From: an uncultured Bacteroidales bacterium
GTDB lineage: Bacteria; Bacteroidota; Bacteroidia; Bacteroidales; JAADJA01
Direction of reading: 5' to 3'
Assembly (NCBI GenBank): GCA_963705185.1
Contig: CAVPJF010000014.1
Span: 49,655-113,654, forward strand
DNA length: 64,000 bases
Position numbers and translations under genes: made by a program. The notes beneath the pieces were generated by a model. That model saw only the letters and a program-made list of their open reading frames with translations. It was not told the DNA's origin and searched no databases. How positions within the stretch are numbered: position 1 is the stretch's first letter; each line of letters begins with the position of its first letter. Shown in pieces: positions 1-9,989 of the stretch.

Positions 1-81
1 ATTTATCTTTACACCTTACAGGTTACTGATGAGGATGGAAACACCTCTGTGCAGCAACAGAAGCTGGTATTGATGAATTAA
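1..81 (+). CDS. 3' end of an upstream CDS (partial), possibly PKD/Ig-like domain protein
   Basis: Frame 1 is open from base 1 to TAA at 79-81 (IYLYTLQVTDEDGNTSVQQQKLVLMN*). The Y.Y.L.VTD..GN pattern resembles the last strands of a PKD-type domain. The fragment is too short to be sure. Confidence 0.3.
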   Translation: MYLYTLQVTDEDGNTSVQQQKLVLMN

Positions 82-93
82 TTTTCTTTATTT

Positions 94-1309
94 TTAATAC
101 TTCTTAAATACCAGCGTCACATTGTGCCCCCCGAATGCAAAAGAATTTGAAATTGCAGCATTGATAGGATGTATCCGTGATATATTGGGAACATAGTCCA
201 GGTCCAGTTCCGGATCGGGTTCATCGAGGTTAATAGTAGGAGGCAATTTGCCATGAATAATACTGAGAACAGTAAAGGCTCCTTCAATAACCCCGGCAGC
301 ACCCACCGTGTGACCGATCATCGATTTATTTGAAGAAACAGGAATCTGGTAAGCACGATTGCCAAAAACGGATTTAATGGCCATGGTTTCAAACTTGTCG
401 TTTAACGTGGTGGAAGTACCATGAGCATTGATATAACCAATCTCCGATTTATCGATCCCGGAATTTCTTATAGCGAGTTCCATGGTTTGTGCCATGCCTT
501 CTCCATCCTTTTTTGGTGCCATGATATTGTACCCTTCATTGGTGAAAGCATAACCGGCAAGCTCAGCCATAAACTTTTGCATTGCGCGCTTTCGCAAAAG
601 ATTCCGATTCCAGTATCATGATTCCGGCGCCTTCGCCAATAACGAATCCATCGCGGTTTTTCGAGAACGGTTTGCTGGCTTTTTCGGGCGGGTTATTTTC
701 AACTGACAGGGCGAACAGTTCATTAAATCCTGAAATCTCTTCGGGATTGATGATTGAGTCAGCACCACCGGCAATGACAACATCCGCCTGGCCATTTTTA
801 ATCATATCATAACCTAACCCGATAGCGTATCCCGATGATGCGCAAGCTGTAGAAACGGTGAAACTTGGCCCGGTTAAACCATACTCAATGGAAATCCATG
901 CCGACATGGCGTTGTTCATGCCTTTGATGATCCGGTTTTTAGCATCGGTATCTTTTTCCACACTTGAATTTCCTGTATTTACTACTCCCAGTATCACGGC
1001 TACCCTTGATCTATCCAGATTTTCAAAATTGATCCCACTTCTTATAATTGCCTCCTGAGCGCAAACATAGCACATACGGCTTACCCTTGTCATCTGACGG
1101 GCAAGCCGTTTCTTTATTTTACCTTCGGCATATTCTTCAAAACTGTCGGGAACCTGGGCGGCTATCTGTGTTTGCAGAACCGAAGGATCAAAAAGGGTAA
1201 TCCTTTTAACGCCGCTTTTTCCCAAAAGAAGGTTATCCCAGTTGCTCTGCAGATCAAGCCCCAGCGATGAAATTACATTCAGTCCCGTTATCAGAACACG
1301 GTTACCCAT
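94..1309 (-). pseudogene. beta-ketoacyl-ACP synthase, FabF/FabB-type elongating KS (one frameshift near 567-568 in this assembly)
   Basis: ORFs 563..1309 and 94..597 are the N- and C-halves of one KS. Motifs seen: nucleophile TACASS, and His motifs HGTST and GHTVGAAG. The junction ...NAKVY|AELAGY... is restored by removing one G from GG on the coding strand. Confidence 0.9.
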
Positions 1310-1514
1310 TTCTTTGTTTAATTTTATTTTGTTGGTTTATATTAACAACCAATGCGGGTGCAAAGTTGCAAAAAGACCGGTTAATGTTTCATTATTTTTT
1401 TGGTTTAAAACCAATTTCTTTGGCAAGATCGAAAGGGCTTTTATCCAAACCCATGTATTCCTTAACAAAATGTATCAGTTTCCTGCTTGGGTCAAAATGT
1501 GATTTGTCACAACT

Positions 1515-2471
1515 TCAAAAACAGGAGTCAGGTACCAGCAATAAATTTTTTTCAAAATTATTTCTTGTTGCGAGATTGTCTAAAGAATCCTTAAAGTTTA
1601 TATCAAGGGGAGGTTTTTGCTCCAAATAATTATAAAATCCCTTTCCTGTTTTTACGCCAAGGTGATTTCCCTCTTTTAATTTTTTCAAACCTTCGATCAA
1701 TGGCTGATAAAAATCAGCATCGGATTTGCCCAATGTATAATTGGTAACAGCAGTATGCATAACATCGATCCCTACCTGGTCAAAAAACTCAAATATTCCG
1801 ATTGGGAATAATTTTTCTTTTACCAGCAAGTCCAGTGTTTCAATCGGAATTTTATCTTCTTCATGAAGCTTGTAAACTCCGGCCTGCAAAGGCAGGAACA
1901 ACCGGTTAAATAAAAAATGATCGGGTTCAGGAAGAATCTTAAAAAATTTCCTTGTTGTCAAAAGAAATTCAGAGAGGAGGTCCACCACAGCTTGACTGGT
2001 TTCAGAAAGGATATTGACCTCCACCAGGTTTTTAATTTTGACCGGATAAAAAAAATGTAGACCAATAAAGCTGTTTATGCGTCGGTTGGATGGAACCATT
2101 GATGCAATTGGAATAGAGGAGGTATTGGATGAAAATATTGACTCTGGTTTAACAACAACATCAAGTTCTCTGAATAAAGCTGATTTAGTTTCGAAGTTTT
2201 CAGAAATGCTTTCAATAATCAGATCACAATCAGCAAGCGTGCTCAAATCGCTGGTAAATTGAATCTGTAAAAGCTTTTCATGATAGGCATCTTCATCCAA
2301 CCGGTTGTATTTAAGGGCTCTTTGCTGCTTTTTGATCCAGTCTTCACGGGCTTTCTCCAATTTCATTTGCGACTTAAACAACCATGTTAATTGGAATGGA
2401 AAATCCGAAAGGAAATAAAAAATATCGGTTCCCATTTTGCCCCCGCCGATAATACCAATTTTGTTTATCAT
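1515..2471 (-). CDS. 3-hydroxyacyl-CoA dehydrogenase family protein (NAD-binding)
   Basis: It has the N-terminal Rossmann motif IGIIGGGKMG and the C-terminal GVKTGKGFYNY typical of Hbd/FadB-type HADH. Its ATG overlaps the reconstructed stop of the upstream KAS III-like gene (ATGA at 2468-2471). The frame stays open for 41 codons beyond the TGA (see findings). Confidence 0.85.
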   Translation of the reverse strand: MINKIGIIGGGKMGTDIFYFLSDFPFQLTWLFKSQMKLEKAREDWIKKQQRALKYNRLDEDAYHEKLLQIQFTSDLSTLADCDLIIESISENFETKSALFRELDVVVKPESIFSSNTSSIPIASMVPSNRRINSFIGLHFFYPVKIKNLVEVNILSETSQAVVDLLSEFLLTTRKFFKILPEPDHFLFNRLFLPLQAGVYKLHEEDKIPIETLDLLVKEKLFPIGIFEFFDQVGIDVMHTAVTNYTLGKSDADFYQPLIEGLKKLKEGNHLGVKTGKGFYNYLEQKPPLDINFKDSLDNLATRNNFEKNLLLVPDSCF

Positions 2472-2583
2472 TTCTTCCCGCTGTCAGTGGAATGCCATTG
2501 AAGAGTAAATCCTGCCTGCATGAATTTGCTGACTTCAGTCACAAAGCTAAGGATCACATCATCCTTTTTCAATGTTTCTTCTT

Positions 2584-3612
2584 TCAGGATCGATCAAGGC
2601 AAACAAAGACCATTGGTGGTCCCAGATAACCCATGGTGCTCATTTTAGAGTATAGTTTGCTCTTCGGTATTCCAAGCGATTCACATTCTTCCATCACCAG
2701 TTCGGAAATATGTTTTGAAGGGAAATTAACCTGGAAAAACCTGACCTGCTCAACCGGGATCTGATATTGTTCTATCATTCTCTTCAGTCCTTTATAAAAT
2801 ACCGAGCCACCTTCTTCATTAAAGTGAAGCCTTAGTTGTTCGTTGAACATTTGAGCCAGGTGGTGGAATCCGGCATCAAATTCATCACGTGGATTCATCC
2901 AGTATGCCGGCCGGTTATTTAGCATGGCAGCAGGTTTTTTACCTCCGACTGATTCCATCATCACATTTTCAACAAACAACCCTTCCTTCATATCACGATT
3001 AGCTTCTAATACCAATGCTCCTGCCCCATCGCTCAGAAAATATCTCAGGAATGCCTCTTCCTTTTTAATCAAAGGCTGGTTGTAATATTCAGCCCTCAAT
3101 TCGGAGCTTGACATGCTTGAAGATATGACCAACGCTCTTTTATATCTTCCGAGCCGGAGCATATCATAAGCCGTCAGCAAAGCCTTATAAGCCGAAGTGC
3201 AGTTTGCATGAACAGATAACTCTCCGCATTTTTCAATGCCCAATGCTTCCTGAATCCTGACTGAAGCTGTCGGCATTTGGTCCTGATGAGCGCTCCCATA
3301 AACGATCAGATCAATATCTTTACTCTTTATTCCGGCGGACTCCAATGCGCATATGGCGGCCTTTACCGACATCGTAATGTTATCTTCCGTAAACTTTCGG
3401 GTAACAGGGTCGATGGCAAAATAATAGTTCTCCACCTCAAGCATCTCTTTCATCAGACCCTTCATTCGCTCCAGCCATTTCCGGATTTTCGCAGGAGCTT
3501 CAGTCAAAGCTCCCAGGTAATGATCAACTTCATCAATTGAAATTGGATTTCCCGGCAGGTAAGATCCTGTTCCTGCAATCCTGATTTTTATGCCTGTGTC
3601 AACTTCTTTCAT
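2584..3612 (-). CDS. thiolase-fold condensing enzyme, KAS III (FabH)-like / HMG-synthase-like
   Basis: The N-terminus IRIAGTGSYLPG and the Cys motif HANCTSAYKAL look FabH-like. The last ~38 aa (ILKEETLKKDDVILSFVTEVSKFMQAGFTLQWH...) continue in another frame to TGA at 2468-2470. This implies a 1-nt indel near 2585. Confidence 0.7.
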   Translation of the reverse strand: MKEVDTGIKIRIAGTGSYLPGNPISIDEVDHYLGALTEAPAKIRKWLERMKGLMKEMLEVENYYFAIDPVTRKFTEDNITMSVKAAICALESAGIKSKDIDLIVYGSAHQDQMPTASVRIQEALGIEKCGELSVHANCTSAYKALLTAYDMLRLGRYKRALVISSSMSSSELRAEYYNQPLIKKEEAFLRYFLSDGAGALVLEANRDMKEGLFVENVMMESVGGKKPAAMLNNRPAYWMNPRDEFDAGFHHLAQMFNEQLRLHFNEEGGSVFYKGLKRMIEQYQIPVEQVRFFQVNFPSKHISELVMEECESLGIPKSKLYSKMSTMGYLGPPMVFVCLDRS

Positions 3613-3619
3613 TTTAATT

Positions 3620-4318
3620 TCATTCGTTCGACCTTAAAGCTTTGTCAAGCTGGTGAAGATATTCATTCTTATTGTATTTCCGGTAGTTTACAGCAGCAAT
3701 TTCGATAAGCTTTTCAGCAGCAACGAGGAGTTGATCTTTTGGAAAAATCCTGTCAATAATACCCGTTTTTAAAGCTTCATCTGCACTCAAAGTCGTTCCT
3801 CTGAAGACCATTTCCATTGCTCTGGCTTTGGTAACATGCTCAAGAAGTAACTGAATTCCTCCTAATCCCGGCATCAAGCCATAAGTGGATTCGGGAAGGC
3901 CAAGCACAGCATTTCCGGTACACAACCTGAAATGACAAAATAAAGCAAGTTCACATGCCGATCCGATGCAAACTCCTTTTATAGCAGCTATTACCGGTAT
4001 TCTTAAATCATTAAAAAATTTCAGGCTGGTGAGGTTCCTCAGCATGAATTCTGGGTATTGAACAATTTTGCCATTATCGTTAATCTTTGATTTTTCGTTA
4101 ATCGAATCTGTCAGTTCATTTAAATCCGCTCCCGACGAAAAATGCCTTCCCTGTCCGTGGATGATAATGCCTTTTAAACCTTGAATTGTTTTAATCCTTT
4201 TAGTGAACTCATCAAGCTCACTGAAAAAATCCAATGTCATTGCATTGGCCGGAGGCTGGTTCAGGACCAGATAACCAATCCCATCCTCTATGCTCCATTT
4301 CAGTGTTTTGTATGACAT
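3620..4318 (-). CDS. enoyl-CoA hydratase/isomerase (crotonase) family protein
   Basis: It carries the crotonase signature HGQGRHFSSGADL and an oxyanion-hole region GVCIGSACELALFC. Confidence 0.85.
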   Translation of the reverse strand: MSYKTLKWSIEDGIGYLVLNQPPANAMTLDFFSELDEFTKRIKTIQGLKGIIIHGQGRHFSSGADLNELTDSINEKSKINDNGKIVQYPEFMLRNLTSLKFFNDLRIPVIAAIKGVCIGSACELALFCHFRLCTGNAVLGLPESTYGLMPGLGGIQLLLEHVTKARAMEMVFRGTTLSADEALKTGIIDRIFPKDQLLVAAEKLIEIAAVNYRKYNKNEYLHQLDKALRSNE

Positions 4319-4331
4319 GTGTATTTCCCCT

Positions 4332-5066
4332 TTATCTTTTCACTGAGTAATCATGGGCTAACTCACAAAACATCTCAACATCCTTAATCATGGCTTCTTT
4401 AGCCTCAAGGGATTCAGCATTGCGAAAGGAACGCATCAACATCTGAATCAGTTTCATTGGACGGTCTTTGATTAATCCATGCATAAATTGTTTCCCGTAA
4501 TCAAGGCAATCTTTTGAAGGGAGAACCTGATCAGCAATTTTTAGTTCCAGGGCTTTCCTTGCATTCAGAATATCGCCCGAAAACAGTATTTCCATTGCAG
4601 TCTTATGGCCGCAAATCTTTTGCAACCTCTTTACTCCTCCCAGTCCCGGGATCAGGTCATGGTTGATTTCAGGAAAAGCAAACATGCTTCTGCTGGTGCA
4701 AATCCTGATATCGCAGGCAAGAGCAAGCTCCAACCCGCCCCCAAAACAAACACCTGAAATGGCAGCAAGGACAGGGATTTCCAAATGGGCGATAAATTCC
4801 AGCAATTGATTTCCACGAATCATGCTTTGTTGCAATTCCTCAGGGTCGACCGATTGATTTATCAATGCTTTAATATCCGCCCCGGCTGAAAAATGTCGCC
4901 CAGTACCAGTTATGATCATCGCTTTTATGTCATCCGATAACCATTCCTTTAATTGCGGAATAGTGACAAACTCCGGGTTAATAAAATAATTCTCGGGTGG
5001 ATTGTCGATGCTGAGAATACCAAGATATCCATCCTTTTCCCATTTTATGGTTTTCGGTTCAGCCAT
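4332..5066 (-). CDS. enoyl-CoA hydratase/isomerase (crotonase) family protein
   Basis: Motifs GTGRHFSAGADI and GVCFGGGLELALACD are present. The likely start is MAEPK at 5066, which overlaps the thioesterase stop (ATGGCTGA). The ORF track extends to 5138. Confidence 0.85.
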   Translation of the reverse strand: MAEPKTIKWEKDGYLGILSIDNPPENYFINPEFVTIPQLKEWLSDDIKAMIITGTGRHFSAGADIKALINQSVDPEELQQSMIRGNQLLEFIAHLEIPVLAAISGVCFGGGLELALACDIRICTSRSMFAFPEINHDLIPGLGGVKRLQKICGHKTAMEILFSGDILNARKALELKIADQVLPSKDCLDYGKQFMHGLIKDRPMKLIQMLMRSFRNAESLEAKEAMIKDVEMFCELAHDYSVKR

Positions 5067-5463
5067 TTCCCTCCTGTTTATGTGCAATAAGATTAACCAT
5101 TTCATCCGGGATATCGAGGGGCTTTTTTTGCTCATCAAGGAGAATGGCTTTTATAACCGCCCTTGCAACCCGGGTATTTCCATTTTGGTTGAAAAGCTTC
5201 TGGTAAAAAACAAGGTAAGGGGCTTCCTTCTTCACTTTTGTCTGAATGATGACCTTATCGAAAAGCTTAATTTCACTGACGTACCTTACATCTACTTTAA
5301 TTACAACCAGTTTCTTCCCCTCCCGGACAAGCTGGTCAAGCAGTCCGGCTTCACGGATGATCTCCCACCTGGCCTGCTCCATGTAATTCAGGTAAACCGC
5401 ATGGTTCACATGACCATATGAATCCAGTTCATAACCCCTAACTGTTATTTGAAATTCAAACAT
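5059..5463 (-). CDS. acyl-CoA/acyl-ACP thioesterase, 4HBT/YbgC-type hotdog fold
   Basis: A 134-aa protein with the N-terminus VRGYELDSYGHVNHAVYLNYMEQAR typical of 4-hydroxybenzoyl-CoA-thioesterase-like hotdog proteins. Confidence 0.8.
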   Translation of the reverse strand: MFEFQITVRGYELDSYGHVNHAVYLNYMEQARWEIIREAGLLDQLVREGKKLVVIKVDVRYVSEIKLFDKVIIQTKVKKEAPYLVFYQKLFNQNGNTRVARAVIKAILLDEQKKPLDIPDEMVNLIAHKQEGNG

Positions 5464-5472
5464 TATTACGTT

Positions 5473-6892
5473 TTAATATTTCTTATTAATCTTTTTCCTT
5501 AGCCTTTCATTTTCAAGCTTCACAATTTGCTTCATCCTTCTTTGGGTTACAAATGTAAAAATGGTTTTATGAATGACATCATTGATTGTATTTCCTTTAT
5601 TTCCGGCAAACTTCCTTGCATAAAAAAAAGTCCTTCTCAGTATACTCAGCAAGCTGTATCCTTTTCTGGTTGTTTTGTCCAGTGCATCCATCACCTGTTC
5701 ATTGGTCATTGGTGATGCGGAACATTGGTAAGATTGGAGCTTACATCCTGTAACTTGTTTTCCCGCATTAAACGCTGATAAAGATCTGTTCCCATTAATG
5801 CATTCACAGGTGTAAACACCGGCATCAGGTTCATTTCTTTGCAAAATTCATACGTTCTGTAATAGGTATCCACATCATCATCCTCATAACCAATAGCGAA
5901 CCATGCAGAGATCAATATTCCCTGGTCCTGGATAAAGCGGATATTCTCCTTCATCCTGTGCAATAACATCCTCATCCTTTTGAATTCCCATCTTTGAAAA
6001 GCTTCCGCTTTTCTTCAGCACCTCTGCATTGATAGATTCCATGCCAATGGCTGTATAAACAAAACCGGCTTTGACAGCCTTCCGGATGACTTCCTTTCCC
6101 TTTTCATTCGAAGCAGCATCAAGATTGGCCTGCCCGGTCCAGTACCTGATCTTCTTTAGTTGTGCAATCTTATCATAGAGAGAAAGGTAATAATCATAGG
6201 TTGAAGGCCTGCCAAAAACCGTATCATCGATCAGGTAATAATAGCCTTTAAACGATTCAATTTCTTTGACAACATCTTCAACAGGTTTAAACCTGTAAGT
6301 CCTGCCGAATAATTTTGAAACCGAACAGAAATCACAGTTGATTGGGCATCCGCGGGCAGCAAACACCATGTCGAAGGTATATTTCCTTTTGAACAAATCT
6401 CTCCGTGGCAACCGGTATATCTTTCAGTTCGGGCAATTGATCAAGCTGAAAAACCGAATGACCTTTCGCATCAAAAACAACCGGTGAGCAAACATAAAAC
6501 TCCTTCAATTGATTTTTCTGAAAATCGCCGAGGATGACCGGCCAAAGTTTTTCCCCCTCTCCTATCGTAACAGCATCAGCATGTTTCAGGGCTTCAAAGG
6601 GATTGGATGAAACCTGCGGACCTCCCATGACCACTGTGATACCTTTTTCTCTGTAATGATCAGCAATCCTGAATGCTGCCTTTTCAGCGGAAACCCTTAC
6701 ACTGATACCCACCAGGTCTGCCGGCTCTTCGAAATCCAAATCATCCCTCAGCATATCGGTAAAGCTGTAATTATGCTCCGGAGCCACCGATGCCAGGATC
6801 GCCAGCGACAAAGGCATAAACGGATCCTTCTTCCGGAGGGGATCATGCTCATCGGCCGACAGTATCAGCTTAATATTCAAAATCCTGTTCAT
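5473..6892 (-). pseudogene. B12-binding-domain radical SAM enzyme (class B), broken by about three frameshifts
   Basis: Four consecutive minus-strand ORFs (6332..6892, 5884..6411, 5706..5975, 5473..5844) read as one protein. The N-terminal part is Rossmann-like/B12-like (ADLVGISV...GITVVMGGPQ). The CxxxCxxC cluster is ARGCPINCDFCS, followed by a TIM-barrel and a C-terminal part. Confidence 0.8.
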
Positions 6893-6934
6893 TCAGAGGG
6901 TAAAATTACACCAATTAACGTATTGAAATTTATC

Positions 6935-6942
6935 TATTTTTG
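6935..6942 (+). promoter_or_regulatory. possible Bacteroidota -7 promoter box (TAnnTTTG) for the ACP-AT operon
   Basis: TATTTTTG lies 41 nt upstream of the ACP ATG in the divergent spacer. I could not see a good -33 TTTG. Confidence 0.25.
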
Positions 6943-6982
6943 CAACTCAATTAACTGTTTCAACGAAGAATTGTTTTAAAGC

Positions 6983-7285
6983 ATGGTAAAAATAACAGAT
7001 CAGATAAAGCAGGAAGTACGGGAGATCGTTTATGATTTTTTTGCTGAAGAATGCGAGGTGGATAAGAGTGAACTCAATGACAATACCAATATAGTCCGCG
7101 ATATCGATGGTGATTCTTTAATGTTTCTGGAATTGATCGAAATTTTTAAAGGAAAATACAACCTCGATATTGAGTTAAAAACCATCGGCAAGTACAGTGT
7201 GAAGCATCCGGTGGAGACCATTGGTGAGCTGATCCGGATGCAGTTACTCATCATCGAAAAGGGAAATGAAATCCTGCTAGAATAA
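6983..7285 (+). CDS. acyl carrier protein (stand-alone, 100 aa)
   Basis: It has the phosphopantetheine-attachment motif DIDGDSLMFLELIE and ACP-like size and acidity. Confidence 0.8.
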   Translation: MVKITDQIKQEVREIVYDFFAEECEVDKSELNDNTNIVRDIDGDSLMFLELIEIFKGKYNLDIELKTIGKYSVKHPVETIGELIRMQLLIIEKGNEILLE

Positions 7286-7342
7286 TTGAGCAGCCTTTTT
7301 AATACTGATCCTTTTAATCCGAATTTCAAGCATAAGACATCT

Positions 7343-8251
7343 ATGGTAACAGGTTTTATTTTCCCTGCTTTTGTTTCGGAATATTCGGGTAACGAACCGG
7401 AAATCCTCAGGAGATATTCGGATGATTTTGATGTTTTGCTGAAAAAAGCCTCCACTCACCTCGGGATCGACCTCACCGCATTTGATATTCTTCATAATAG
7501 TTTTCAGGATCATGAATTGAACACCCAATTCATGAGCTATATTTTCAGTTGTGCGGTTTCCGATATTTTAAAAAGTAAACATGTTAAACCCGATTATATT
7601 TCAGGCTACAGCATGGGGCTTTATGCTGCATTATATTGCGGACAGGCTGTGACATTTACTGAAGGAATTGACCTGATCAGGAAAGCATTCGAACTGATAA
7701 AATCAACCACGGTGAAAATTGAAACCGGCATGGGTTCTATTGTTGGACTGTCGAAAGAAGACATTCTTAATCTTATTGCCAATAAAGATGGCCTGACTCT
7801 TGCAAACACCAATGGCACATATTCCTATATGATCTCAGGCATCAAACCGGAAATCAATGAAGTAATTAATCTTGCCAAACAGGAAGGCGCCTTGCATGCT
7901 GCCATGATGAATGTCACTTGCCCTTACCATACTTCCCTGCTGAATGAAGCTTCGGAAAAATTCAGGGATTACGTTTTGCAGCAAATCACCTTAAAAGATT
8001 CAACCTATAAAATTGTTTCAGGGATTGACCAGCGTATATTTTCAGCCAGGGAAGAAATCATCCGGGAATTATCCGCCAACATGAATACCGAAATCAACTG
8101 GCTGAAGACAATGGAAAAGATGCTGGAACTAAATGTCGGCAGGTTTGTGGAATGTGGCGCAGGAACCAGCCTGTATAAGATCGGGAAGTTTATTAAAGGC
8201 GATTTTAAGATTTACCCGGTTGGTTCATTGGATAGGTTTTTAAGGATGTAG
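7343..8251 (+). CDS. ACP S-malonyltransferase-like acyltransferase (FabD family)
   Basis: Motifs seen: FIFPAF... N-terminus, GxSxG nucleophile GYSMGLYAAL, Arg in LIRKAF, and His in VTCPYHTSLL. The ORF track opens at 7286 (TTG). ATG 7343 (MVTGFIFP) fits the family N-terminus better. Confidence 0.85.
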   Translation: MVTGFIFPAFVSEYSGNEPEILRRYSDDFDVLLKKASTHLGIDLTAFDILHNSFQDHELNTQFMSYIFSCAVSDILKSKHVKPDYISGYSMGLYAALYCGQAVTFTEGIDLIRKAFELIKSTTVKIETGMGSIVGLSKEDILNLIANKDGLTLANTNGTYSYMISGIKPEINEVINLAKQEGALHAAMMNVTCPYHTSLLNEASEKFRDYVLQQITLKDSTYKIVSGIDQRIFSAREEIIRELSANMNTEINWLKTMEKMLELNVGRFVECGAGTSLYKIGKFIKGDFKIYPVGSLDRFLRM

Positions 8252-8316
8252 CTGCTGGCATTTGGCTTTTAGCTGTTTGCTTGTTTTTTGTCACTTGTTT
8301 CATGTTTTACGTTTTC

Positions 8317-9656
8317 TCAAATAATATCCTCTCCTTTTTTTATCAGCCAAAGCTTCCCGACGTTTTCGTAAAACTTTTCAAGTGGTAAAGTAGTTTTCAG
8401 GACACTGTTAAAGAAATTGTACTTTGAAAGGTCATGGTCGATGATCTGATCTTTCATCTGCTTGATACAAATCGGTTCCCGGCATGGGAGTAAGGATGGT
8501 GTAACCTGCATAAGTAACCCTGTGTGAATTGGCATATTCGGCGAGGGCTTTGAAGTCATCCTCAGTATAATCATTGCGGAACAACATAATTGCCTCTGAG
8601 CAAAATGCCATTCTGATGAAAGATATCAATCGCTTTATGGATAGGTTAGCCAGGTGATTTTTTATTGTATTTTTTCAACTCATTGTCACGAAACGATTCA
8701 AACCCGCAGATGACGACCTTCAATCCCTGCCTGGCAAGCTTTTCAATGAGCCCGGGATGATCGACCGCAGTATCGGCACGGATATCCATGATGTATTCCT
8801 TTTGAATGCCTTCTTCCTTTATCCTGTCGAAAAGTGCATTGATAAAATCAATATTGACGATGGTATTGGCATCAGCAAACCGAACAATATCATAATCGAT
8901 CAGCTTCAGTTCTTCGATCACACTTTCGACTGTTCGCTGATGATAAAGCCCTTGATGCTCCTTCCAGATAGAACAGAATGTGCAGCGGTAAGGACAACCC
9001 AGCGAAGTGAATAAGTAGGTAGTTGGTGAGGGAGCATTACCGACTTTATAGGCTGTCCTCCATCGTTCAATGAGGCTGCGGTCGGGCATAAGGAAATTTT
9101 CATTGGTCGGATTCCACCGTCCCCTGAAAGGCCGGGTAGCTTTTAATCCCTGAGGTGAATTGATATAAATACCCAGGACATCATCAAAACCAAGGTTTTT
9201 TTCTTTCCTTAAAACAATTTCCCTGAAAGTATTGGCCGATTGCCCGGGGCATAAAATGTCGACCGAAGGATCGGTAAAATCTTCGGGGCAAAGGGTAGTG
9301 TGAAGCCCGCCGGCAACGGTAAGAATATCAGGATTGAACTTTTTTACGGTTTTAAATATCTCAATCGAAGCATCGAACTCGGAAGTGATGATGGTTACTC
9401 CTACAATATCAGGATTAACTTTGACAAGCCATTCGGTGATCATCTGATCCAGCGGAGGCGAGTCGGGGATAAGGTCGTATTCTCCTTTGGTATCAAAAAC
9501 CGTGACATCAAAATCTTTAACTGCGGCAGCAATGGTGAGCAAACCCAGCGGCGGGCCGATGAGCTTTTTGTGAATAAACCGCTTTGCCTCCTCCGGGGCT
9601 GACTGAAGGATCATGTTGTGCGGCGATCGCGGCGGATTGATGAGGAGGATTTTCAT
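8317..9656 (-). pseudogene. B12-binding-domain radical SAM enzyme (class B), about two frameshifts in the C-terminal third
   Basis: ORF 8646..9656 starts MKILLINPP... (B12-binding-like domain) and has the CxxxCxxC motif LGCPYRCTFCS. ORFs 8432..8629 and 8317..8574 continue the same protein in other frames. Confidence 0.85.
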
Positions 9657-9703
9657 TTAAAGTTTATTTTTGAAGGGGTAAAAATAGTGAGAATTTGGAA
9701 TAG

Positions 9704-9814
9704 TTGGCAGTCGGAAGGTGGCAGAGGGCACAATGAAAAACATAAAATAAAAAATGCGAAATGAAAAACAGGAGAAGTCGGCAGGGGCAGTCGGCAATTG
9801 GCAATCGGCAGATG
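9704..9814. repeat. word-type spacer repeats (GGCAGTCGGCA / GGCAATCGGCA variants)
   Basis: ttggcagtcggaaggtggcagagggca lies at 9704-9730. gaagtcggcaggggcagtcggcaattggcaatcggcagatgg lies at 9774-9814. Duplicated aatgaaaaaca words sit between them. Confidence 0.7.
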
Positions 9815-9989
9815 GACAACCATAGCCGATAGTTAATCCTCAATTGCTCCGTCTCCCCCGTCAACAAATAAATAAACAGTTGTGAATAAAATAATTAACT
9901 TTATCTGATGAAAATAACGATGCCGGAGGGTAGACTCTTCAACTACCCATACCCGCCGGGCCTTTACCTGCAATCATAAAAGAAAGACC

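Noticed and set aside
560-600. Programmed ribosomal frameshifting or recoding as the explanation for split genes
   Set aside because: The breaks occur in about 20 unrelated genes. They have no shared slippery heptamer and are often plain homopolymer length changes or compensating pairs. Indel error is the simpler explanation.
117-1058. ORF-track entries 117..302(-), 421..621(+), 582..812(+) and 858..1058(+) inside the KS gene
   Set aside because: They are antisense or out-of-frame shadows of a strongly supported KS coding frame and show no motifs.
1242-1629. Plus-strand ORFs 1242..1502 and 1267..1629 in and around the KS/HADH spacer
   Set aside because: They overlap minus-strand coding sequence with clear family motifs. 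Their translations are low-complexity and hydrophobic or basic, typical of AT-rich antisense frames.
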